A stretch of DNA of 63,092 nt, filler included, from Octopus bimaculoides (lineage: Eukaryota), in assembly GCF_001194135.2 (NCBI RefSeq). It is 7 parts of 7 records of this genome, joined end to end, with 100 filler letters (N's around TTAATTAATTAA, not from the genome) between each part and the next. Parts side by side here need not be neighbours in the genome. Positions count along the whole stretch, not along the records: positions 24,553 to 37,376 come from NC_068988.1; positions 37,477 to 51,886 come from NC_069008.1; 5 more parts are not named here. One strand, given 5' to 3'. Positions 28,357-38,764 of the stretch are shown here, one piece after another (positions within the stretch are counted from its first letter, which is position 1; the number at the start of each line of letters is the position of its first letter). The position numbers and the translations under genes were made by a program. The notes beneath the pieces are model-generated. The model saw nothing but the letters and a program-made list of their open reading frames with translations. It had not been told where the DNA came from and ran no database searches.

Positions 28357-29358
28357 TTATTTATTTATCTATCTAACTATCTATATAAATACATACATAC
28401 ACACACACACATATATGTATGGATATATTTGTTTGTACGTATATACGCATACATTCGGCTATCTTTTCATACATGAATACTGGTAGACTTCTGCAGCAAC
28501 ACTCTCGCTCCCCTTCCGAAAAAAGACATCCATCTTTATTTTCTGAGTTTTGTAAAATTTCTTGCCAACAGTTCTGATCATTAAAAATATTTTTCCCTTT
28601 CTCTTATGAAATATCAGGTAAATCTGTTATATTTTAATATTTCAGAGCCGAATGAAGAAAAGTTGCAGGTAAGAAAAAAAAAATTACACCGTAATGTTAA
28701 AGCAAATATAGAAATTCAGAATATATACAAGAAGATATTGAAGAGAAAGTAAACACAATACCTTTGCAGTTCGCTAAAAATGTCAGAAGTCCCTTGATAT
28801 TGAAGGTCATATTAGTTACTGATCGGTTAAATAGAAAAAAAGTTTTATCTATTTGGGTGGTTTTATGGAAAGGTAAGAAAGCATAAAAACTTGTTTTCAT
28901 AAGGCATAGGAAAGAACTGACAAACACACAACAGGGTACACACATGCATACACACATACAAATAAACATTTGTAATAAAGCCACATGGACGCGCCTACAC
29001 ATACAAATATACGTATTTAGTAAGATATATATATACACACAGACATACAAACTCGTATATTATAGGGTACATGCACACACAAACGCATGCACGTTCTAGG
29101 CACATACACATAAAGCCACCCACGTATTCGGCACCTCTTCCTCATTAATATATATTTTATCTTTTTTATATAATTTACTTGGATTTGGAACCATGTAGCG
29201 GCACCGCCTTGAAAATTTTTTATCAAACCTATTTTTTAAACATGGTATTTATTCTGTTTCTTTCTGCTGAATGCTAAAGTTACCGAGACGTAAACAAGCC
29301 AACACCGGTTGACAAGTGATCGGAAGGGAAAACACAAACACAAAGACACACACACGCA

Positions 29359-29397
<39 letters not shown>

Positions 29398-30689
29398 GCA
29401 CCCCCCCACACACCTGCACACAAACACACATACACACACCCACCCGCACACACAAGACGGGCTTCTACAAGCCTCTATCGACCAAATTCTTAACTACACA
29501 CTATACGCGCGTATATGTAAGCCTACGTGTATGTGTGTCTCCATTTATGCGTACGTGTATGTGTGTCTCCGTTTATGAATTTACATTAGTATGTATGCTT
29601 TCTCGAAAGGAGAAAATGATTTTCTCAATGCAAGATACAGAACTCCATTAAAATAACTGGAAGCTGAAATCTTCATTGACCTCTTATCTTTCGAGTTCAA
29701 CGTTACGGATCTTCGTCCGGCTTCAGACGTTAGATGAAAAGCTGAGTAGAATATATAATGTTATAGAGCAAAAATATACAAAAATAATAAAACAATTTTC
29801 TGTGGAAAAGTACTCTTAAATATTTTCACAATGGCTTTCAGAAAAACAGAAATAAAACGAAACCAATGCTTGCTTTGCAACCATGTTCTTTCGTGTTACG
29901 TCGCACTACTCGGCGTCTTGGGTAGGTGATTTTTACTAACGCTTTGAGAGTGAACTTAGTGGGCGGAAATTGTATGGAAGCCAGTAATACATATGTTTAT
30001 CTGCGTGTATTTTATTCTTTCTGTTTGTCTCTCCACTGCCTGATAACCGGTGTTGATTTGTTTACCTTTCCATAACTTGGTTCGCTATGAAAGATCAATA
30101 TGATATACATCAGACTTAAAAGGAGTCGATTTGGGCGAGTAAATCGTTCGAAGCGGTGCCCCAGCATGGTCACAGTCTAATGACTGAAACAAATAAAAGA
30201 TGTAAGTTAACGTACAGGAAGTTTTTTTTTTATTTGCTGCTGGGCTTCGATTCGATACTGCATCAGAGGATTATTTTAATGCGGTTACTCTGACTGGCTG
30301 AATGTAGTATAAAACTATGGTTCGTTGTTAGAACCATAGTTGGGCTGAGCATGCGCACAGCTCCTGATATATAAAGAATGAATATAAAATATTATTTTAG
30401 AAAATATAAAATACAAACACTATCATAAAAAGCTTTTAGTATAAAACATCTTCCAGAATAAAATTTCCTGTTAGTGTTGCGGTATACCAATATGATATTC
30501 AAAGTGTTCCGACTAAATCTGACAGCCTGCATAAAAGAAAAATATTTCATATTCACTGTTTATGTATCAGAAGCAGTGCTCATGCCCAGCCCAACATTTC
30601 TAACCCCAAACCATAGTTATATTCTATATTCAACCCGTTACAGTAACTGCATTGAAATAATTATCTGATACAATATCGAATCGAAACTC

Positions 30690-31340
30690 AACAGTATTTT
30701 AACAAATTAAAACATATCGATTAGATTATGGCTGAGAGATAACAATTTACTCAAAGTGGTCGCACTCAGCCTCACCCACCACCTTAAGAAGGCTTCGGAA
30801 CATGACGCATGCGTTCCTCATTGTGTCCATGGGAAGATCTTCGAACATCTCCTTGATCTTGGATACCAGTTCGGCTCTGGTGCTGCAGGTAGAGAGATTG
30901 GTGGAAATTTGAGACCACAAAATGGGGGTGGATAGTCGTACGAATTCTCCAGCAGCCATTTTTGACTCTTCCCTGACTTATATCAAGGAGTCGAATTCTA
31001 TCGCCACACATGGTCTTTCATGGGCAAATCTCTCCAGCCAGGGTTCCAGCACAGTGTCCAGCAACTTCACATGGGCGTCTGAATTGAACCTATGACTCGC
31101 TTCGAAGATGCGGGGTGGAATCGCGGTGTGGGGAAGCAGCCAGAATTCTGCTGATTCCATTCCTGCTGGCCATAGCTTCGTAGTCTCTGTTGCAGCTGTC
31201 AGTTTCACGTCTTACAGTGTTCATAAAGCATTGAATAGTCGTAATATTGTCCGTATCTTGACATCCGGCGTGAATCATCATCATAGCAAAAGTGACTTCT
31301 TTCTAATATTCCGAGAGTGTTTTCAGTCCGCCATGTAAGC
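30690..31340 (-). mobile_element. Degraded Tc1/mariner transposase (maT/DD37D-like) relic
   Basis: Minus-strand pieces read NSDAHVKLLDTVLEPWLERFAHERPCV and LWSQISTNLSTCSTRAELVSKIKEMFEDLPMDTMRNACVMFRSLLKVVGEAECDHFE*. These resemble the catalytic region and C-terminus of this group. Confidence 0.75.
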
Positions 31341-31769
31341 TAAATTTTTCGCAACTACAAATTTTAATCTTTATGCTCTCCAACTCCATTGACTGTTTCA
31401 CCAACACATCAAACTGTTCCTGATAAAAAGAGGATATAAAAATCGTCAAATTCAGCACGAACACACTATGCGTAGTATAAACAAAAACGATGAGAAAATG
31501 TCCATTTAATACACCAACTCGGAGAAACTATTCGGACAAAGAATAACAGTCACGAAGATTTTTGAGCCAGTAGTAATTGCATTGTTAAATATTTTCCGTG
31601 TTGTTTCCATGAGTAGAAGAATGTTTTGCTTTGCATAATCAATATTGGGAATCTGTTTAAAATTTGGTATTCTAGGCCTTCCAACTGGAGAACTATTTTA
31701 GAATTATAATTACTTGTACCGTTACTTAGAAATTTCTTCTTCTATCATCATCATCGTCATCCTCCTCAT

Positions 31770-31830
<61 letters not shown>

Positions 31831-32010
31831 TTTTTCTCTTCCCTTCATCCTTTATTTCTTTTCCATCCTTTCTTACCTTCCACTGCTTCATGATCTTCCT
31901 TCTTGTACGTAACTACATTCCTGATGTCTACCTACCTACCTACCTACCTACCTACCTACTTACTTATATAACCTACATACTAGCGAATGCTCTATTAATC
32001 CTCGCATTTG

Positions 32011-32057
<47 letters not shown>

Positions 32058-32058
<1 letters not shown>

Positions 32059-32588
32059 AGTGACACTGGGGTAAAATATACGAAGTCCAGTATACCCATC
32101 ATGACTACCTGTCTGATAAGGCTACACCAGGCACATGCATCACAACCATATGTGCGCGACATATAGTGGTCTCATATCATGATAAACAGCGCATGACCTT
32201 GCAGGTGGGGCCCAGTTAGAATTTCCTTCAGGTCGAGTAGCCCATCCTACTCAAAAGGTTCTTGAATAAAAGTTGTTTGAGGATGTCGAACGGAATACCC
32301 ATGTTTCCAAAGGTGAATTATCCAAACAACAAAGAATTCCTCTCAACACATGGCTATGATGCTCCCCCACTACTTCTGCTCGTGATCAGAGATGCACATA
32401 TCGTCAGCCACCAAGGGACATGATGAACTGGTTAAGATCAAGCAACTAACAAGCAAATCTGTGGTATTGAGCAGAATATTTTCTGTAGCCCATACTTTAT
32501 ACCATGACAAAACAATAAACATGATAGCACTTCCAATCAATTAAGATAAGAAGCCATGAGAACCACTGTGTGGTACTGCATCAGGGCA
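32058..32588. mobile_element. Second near-complete copy of element 'E'
   Basis: Collinear with 22548-23080. It is preceded by (TCTA)n and followed by (AAT)n. Confidence 0.8.
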
Positions 32589-32600
32589 ATAATAATAATA

Positions 32601-32662
<62 letters not shown>

Positions 32663-32849
32663 TATTATTATTATTAGATAATAGAAGGTATGGTGTATGC
32701 CTGGTAGCTTACCGGTAAAGCACGATCACTTTTACAGTGTTCGTTGGGTATTTGATTAATGGGAGAGACGGAAGATGGAACATATGTGAATTTTTTATCA
32801 CCACTAGAATTGTTTCGACTCGTCTATCATCGATCACTCAGAGGTGAGA

Positions 32850-32914
32850 TACTTTGTCGAACTCGGATCCTTGGAGTTAGTAGCTCGTGCTCTTAACTAC
32901 TACGCCATATGCCC
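32850..32914 (-). mobile_element. tRNA-derived SINE-like head
   Basis: The minus strand gggcatatggcgtagtagttaagagcacgagctactaactccaaggatccgagttcgac has an A-box (tggcgtagtagt) and a B-box (gagttcga). It lacks an intact acceptor stem, so it is not a functional tRNA. Confidence 0.6.
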
Positions 32915-32915
32915 A

Positions 32916-32962
32916 AGACACCTGATGAAGGCTGGAGGGTATATCGGCCGAAACGTTGCGTT
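32916..32962 (+). ncRNA. Type I minimal hammerhead ribozyme motif (Penelope-like element type)
   Basis: gacac-CTGATGA-a-ggctg-gagggtatat-cggcc-GAAAC-GTT-gcgtt. Stem II is ggctg/cggcc, the palindrome AACGTT replaces stem III, and stem I pairs at 4 of 5 positions. Confidence 0.75.
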
Positions 32963-33460
32963 AACAAAAAGCAAGATGAGGACAAATATCCGTCAAATGT
33001 AAATAATGTACATATATGTGTGTGTGTGTGTGTGTGTTTGTTTATCATCAATGTATCTGTCTACCTACATATCTCTATGTATTTATCTACATACTCCTTT
33101 ATCAAACTCTCCACGTTCTCTCCACGTTCTCTTATACCCCCCATGATATATTATATATATATATGTATATATATGTGTGTGTGTGTGTGTGTGTGCGCGT
33201 ATGTGTCTGTAAATATAAACATTTTAAACCAGATATTTGTATTTCATACGTTTATCTGAAAAAAAAATATTGATTGCCATAAAAAACGATTCCATCCTTT
33301 CTTCGTCACCTGACATCTATCAGGTCTAGCAAAAATAAAAATCAAAGCAAACAAAAAAAGCAACAAATAAATAAATACGATTTAAAAAAAAAACATGTGA
33401 AACGCTTTTGAAAGAAGCTCAAAAGCATTTGCAACATGAAAGCATTTCAATAGGAAACAT

Positions 33461-33471
33461 AAAATGGCGGC
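33461..33471 (+). promoter_or_regulatory. YY1-type motif, candidate TSS-proximal site
   Basis: aaaatggcggc matches the YY1 consensus within unique AT-rich sequence. Function is not shown. Confidence 0.3.
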
Positions 33472-34149
33472 AAGCAGTGGTGTATTGAAATAAACTTAAT
33501 GACAAACACATTCTTTATTGTTGATTTGTATTCAGGAACGCTCAAATCCAGCTGATACATATAATCATGAGTGTTTCACTACTAACCACTCAGTTAATAA
33601 CTTTTAAAATGATTCTTGTATTAGAAACCGCGTGGGCTAGTGGTTAGTGTGCTGTACTCACGATCATGTGATTGAGGGACCGGTGTCGCGTTCATGTAGG
33701 GGAATATTGTCACTTACGCGCCACAGAAATCGGTTTAAGCTTCTGCTTCATGAATCCTAAGGCTTATGAAAGGCTTATCAATCCTAAGTGAGTATAAAGA
33801 AGCACACTCAGGTTTAGATATAATTGTGTTGTTAGAGAGTTTGCTTTGCAATCCCACATTCCAGTTCGAGATTTAATCTGTCTGCTTCTTAAGTGGGTGT
33901 CTTCTACAATAATATCCGGTAGAATAATAACTATTGAGTGGAGTGGAATTTGTTATGACTTCGCTGTACCCTAGCAGGCTGACTGAACGGTATTCTGCCT
34001 TGCCAAATGGCAGCCCGTGATGTTTTTTAGGAAACGGTTGCCACTTCACGAGGTATTTTTAAAATACCTGCACACTCCGAAATCCGCAGATACCTCGAAG
34101 TGCATGCATACCTGAAATACACCCATACTCCATAGGATTGCAGCATGAC

Positions 34150-34330
34150 AGGTGGTAAAGAAGCAGCGGAAGGGGTCAGCAAAGCCAACGGTACTTCTTA
34201 CATTGATACTAAGTGGAGGATTCCTAGAAGATTATTGCAGAGGATCAGCAGACTCTATGAAGAGAGTAACTGGAACGCTTCTATAGGGTCGGCGTTTATG
34301 TTTGTATCATCAGCCAATAAAATAATTGAT
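34150..34330 (-). mobile_element. Possible LINE reverse-transcriptase relic
   Basis: The minus strand gives IILLADDTNI (a YADD-like box), followed by LSINVRST in another frame. It is short and decayed. Confidence 0.3.
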
Positions 34331-34674
34331 AATGGCTCAAGCACCAAATTAAAAAATGAATGATAGAACTGTGGAGTGAAAGAGCACTATGGGAATCCGT
34401 GCAAGCAGAGCGACCGGATGTTGGTTATGGGACTTGTGAAACAGAGAGTGATTGTGTTAAGTACTGCAATGTCAAATGTTTGACTGTCGGATGGATTGTA
34501 CACTTAATTCAAAAGGCCAACTATATCACAGTCTACCGCATGGGTCCTGTTCGAAAAGTACTTTGAGAACTCATATACCTATAGAATACTCAGCCCTTTA
34601 CGCGTTAATTTAAGGGGCAAGTAACTCAGATGACCACTGCCGAAAAGAAAAGGGAAGATCCATAATCTAATGTG

Positions 34675-34909
34675 GTTATTCTTTTATTCTCTTATTTGCT
34701 TCAGTCATTTTACTGCGGCCATGCTAGAGCACCGCCTTCAGTCGATCAAATCGATCCCAGGACTTATTATACGCCTAGTACCTATTGTACTTGTTTCCTT
34801 TACCGAACCGCTAAGTTATGGGGATGTAAACACACCAACATCGGTTGTCAAGCGATGGGGGGGGGAGAACTCACACACAAATACATACATATGTGCATAC
34901 ATACATACA

Positions 34910-34943
<34 letters not shown>

Positions 34944-35097
34944 CATATATATATACCATGGGCATCTTTCAGTTTCTGTCTACCAAATCCACTCATAAAG
35001 CTTTGGTCGGCCTGAAGTTATAGTAGAAAACATGCTCTAGGTGCCACGCAGTGGAACTGGGAAGCAAGCTCCTTACCAGACAGCCACACCTGCGCCT
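34675..35097 (-). mobile_element. SINE family B copy with an internal (CATA)n expansion
   Basis: Collinear with 54871-55247 and the reverse of 37478-37833. Confidence 0.85.
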
Positions 35098-35356
35098 ATT
35101 TTTGTACGATAATCTAGGATGTATTTTATATATATGATTGAATTTAGTCTACTATAGCTAGGATGTATTTTGAAGGGAATTTAGCTGCTATTTCAGGCTG
35201 ATCGAACGAACAGACAAGTTCTATAATTGGCTTGGATTCTGTTGTTGTAAGATTGTGCTAAGTACTGCAATGTTAAATGTATGACTGAGTTTTATCCACT
35301 AAAACCCGATAATTATGAATGAGGGCGAGTTGTTTATGTTTAACTCTTGTTCACTC

Positions 35357-35614
35357 TGAACGACCACACCTATGATCGAATGTATACCACTCGTGACTAT
35401 CCCTAGCTTATTTTTCTATGTGAACGAGTACACCTATGATCGAATGCATACCACTCGTGACTATCCCTAGCTTATTTTTCTATGTGAACGAGTACACCTA
35501 TGATCGAATGTATACCACTCGTGACTATCCCTAGCTTATTTTTCTATGTGAACGAGTACACCTATGATCGAATGTATACCACTCGTGATTATCCCTAGCT
35601 TATTTTTCTATGTG
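35357..35614. repeat. Tandem repeat, 64-bp unit x4
   Basis: cctatgatcg recurs at 35369, 35433, 35497 and 35561. The units differ by only a few substitutions. Confidence 0.95.
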
Positions 35615-35781
35615 TAATTTATGATGGACTTCAGTATCGAATGCGACTTTCCTTCCGTCCTCAATTTTATTAAAATAGAAGGACAGTATGATTTAAGAGA
35701 TATTTAGCTGCTATTGCTTACACGCTGAACGATTATTTTGAACTTTCCGAAGCCCATGCATGTTACGCACGCACGGAAACA

Positions 35782-35876
<95 letters not shown>

Positions 35877-35922
35877 GCACACATAAACACACGCATACAC
35901 AACGGAGTTTCACACAGTTCCT

Positions 35923-36153
35923 TATTTCTTAATTGCGCACAAGGGGTTAAACATAGAGGGGACAAACAAGGACAGACAAAGGGATTAAGTCGATTACATC
36001 GACTCCAGTGCGTAACTGGTACTTAATTTATCGACCCCGAAAGTATGAAAAGCAAAGTCGACCTCGGCGGAATTTGAACTCAGAACGTAACGGCAGACGA
36101 AATACCGCTTAGCATTTCGCCCGGCGTACTAATGTTTCTGCCAGCACGCCGTC
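35923..36153 (-). mobile_element. SINE family A copy with 15-bp TSD, nested at the edge of a family B relic
   Basis: Flanked by tttcacacagttcct (35908-35922) and tttcacacggttcct (36154-36168), which differ at 1 position. Confidence 0.88.
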
Positions 36154-37139
36154 TTTCACACGGTTCCTGTTTACCAAATTCACTGACAAGACATTGGTCA
36201 ACCCGAAGCTAGAGTATATAGGACGTTTGTCTTCGGTGTGATTGAACACAAAACAATGTGGTTGCTAAGCGAGTTTCTAAACCACACAGCCATGCTTGTA
36301 TTATATTGACAACTAAAATGCCAGAGAACTTTTAGAACAATTCTCTACCATTTCACCAGACTGACGTACTTCCTTCTCTTCCTCCCTTTCATTCTTTAAT
36401 ATTTGTTCGTATCACTAAAATTCATACGGCCATATTTTTATTATTACACCTTAGAACTAATTAGTTATGAAACATTAGATGCTGCCAAAAATATCTTCCC
36501 GGTAATTGAGTATTATTTTTGATCCAAAGAAATCTCTGTATAGCAAATATAATTTCTCATAATTATTCATAAGTTTCTAAAAAAAGCAATTTTCAAATCT
36601 TGCCAATGACAATAATAATATAAACAACACCACCAACAACAGTTATAATGATAAGAAAAATAACAAAACAAATGGACGCAAGAAAACAAACAACAGCAAA
36701 AAATAAAAAGCAAAAAAAAAGAAAAATAAATCAAAAGGGAAAATAGGTAGGGATATAAAACGTATGAAATAAAAGTATATGCAAAAATAGTCTATTCTGT
36801 TGAACATAATGGAAGAAACAGTAGCATCTAATTTTACGTGGAATAATCCGGCTAGCTTGATTGATTGTTCGCTGCTGAGGACTCTATCTCACTGTCGTAC
36901 TGCGTTCACATGCATATATATTGGAAGTGACGAGATAGTATCTTGACAGGCACGTGTCAGGTTCATGACTTGAGGAAAGTTTGATGAGTTGGTACAGAAC
37001 AGTCATCGAGACAGCAACTGTTTAGATCTATGTTGGTTCACTGACATCACTGTAAGTTTGCGCATTATTGGATGTTCAACCAATGGATTCTGTGACTGAT
37101 TAAGAAAGCTACGAAATTAAATTACATCAAAATAACAGA

Positions 37140-37322
37140 AGTAGGTGCACAGACGTTGCTGTGTGGTTGAGAAGCTTGATTCTCAACACAATTGTCTTAG
37201 ATTCAGTCCCACGAGACGGCAAGTTGGGCAAGTGACTTCTACAATAGTCTAATACAGCCCCGGGCCGCCTAAAGACTTGTGAGGGGTTTTGGTGCAAAGG
37301 AACTGAAAGAAGCCTGTCGTGC

Positions 37323-37325
<3 letters not shown>
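37140..37325 (+). mobile_element. SINE family B, 5' half
   Basis: gctgtgtggttgagaagcttg...ttcagtccc...ttgggcaagtgacttctacaatag...aactgaaagaagcctgtcg. Confidence 0.8.
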
Positions 37326-37376
<51 letters not shown>

Positions 37377-37477
37377 NNNNNNNNNNNNNNNNNNNNNNNN
37401 NNNNNNNNNNNNNNNNNNNNTTAATTAATTAANNNNNNNNNNNNNNNNNNNNNNNNNNNNNNNNNNNNNNNNNNNNA

Positions 37478-37833
37478 ACCACATGGTTCCGGGTTCAGTC
37501 CCACTGCGTGGCACCTCGGGCAAGTGTCTTCTACTATAGCCTCGGGTCGACCAAAGCCTTGTGAGTGGATTTGGTAGACGGAAACTGAAAGAAGCCCGTC
37601 GTATAAAAGTATATATGTATATATATATATGTTTGCGTGTCTGTGTTTGTCCTCCCAACATCGCTTGACAACCGATGCTGGTGTGTTTATGTCCCCGTAA
37701 CTTAGCGGTTCGGTAAAAGAGACTGATAGAATAAGTACTAGGCTTACAAAGGATAAGTCCTGGGGTCGATTTGCTTGACTAAAGGTGGTGCTCCAGCATG
37801 GCCACAGTCAAAAGACTGAAACAAGTAAAAGAG
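37478..37833 (+). mobile_element. SINE family B, near full length (5' end in gap)
   Basis: The B-box region ccgggttcagtccc, the central ttcgggcaagtgtcttctactatagcc and the tail gactgaaacaagtaaaagagt are all present. Confidence 0.88.
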
Positions 37834-38764
37834 TATACCCACATACACACTTTTATTCACTTTTGTGCTTATTTTCTCATATACCCTTGTATATAGGGTG
37901 CCAGGACAATTCATCTCCAGTTATTTGTCATTGGTTAATTTGTCCCCGGTCAATTCGTCACTGACCAATTTGCCCCAAAATACTATTAAATGTGATTTTC
38001 GAGGGAAAGTTTAGGACAATCAGTTTAGAATTAAAATTGTAGTTGGACAGTTACAGATATATTTTCGTTTCTTTGCTCACCCCCACCCCCCACCTGTCTC
38101 TCCCACTTTTAAGTATCTGAGCTGAACAGATTTTCCGAGCGGATCAAATTAAATTTATTGAATATACTTACACGTCAACATGACGACCTGCAAGATCATA
38201 ATTTTAGAGAAAGGGTCAATAAAATAAATACCAGTTATACACTGGGGCCCAATGTAGTCAACTTATCCCCTCCTCTAAACAGCTGGTCTTGTTTCAGAAT
38301 TTGAAATCAATATTTACACTCCATATAATTGACCCTTTTGTTATTGTATCTATTTTGAGATGCTCTGTGTTTCTTTCAATTATTTTAAATATAACAAAGA
38401 ATTTAGTAAAATAACTTCATTATCATTAAGCTAGTGTTAGGAACATAAACTGCGACTAAAGTTTGGTGGAAGATTTTTATTCAGAACTTAAATCAGGAAA
38501 TTTGTACTACAGAGCCAGAGCTGGTTTTGGCAAGGTTGGTAACAAAAGGGTTAATGAAACTTATGTCTTATATTTATGCAACAGATTATTATAAGATGTT
38601 TAATGAATGTCATTGTTGCTACAAAATCTTGTTTAAGGTTAATTAGACAATCTAATACACTGACAGGAATACATTAACATTTTGTTTGTGTGTTTAAAAT
38701 AATGAAGTGAATATAATCTCCCACAGAATTTAATGTTTTCCTTATATTTCGTTATAGATTTACT

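Noticed and set aside
35357-35614. 64-bp repeat considered as a CRISPR-like array
   Set aside because: The units are contiguous with no unique spacers, the context is eukaryotic, and there are no cas genes.
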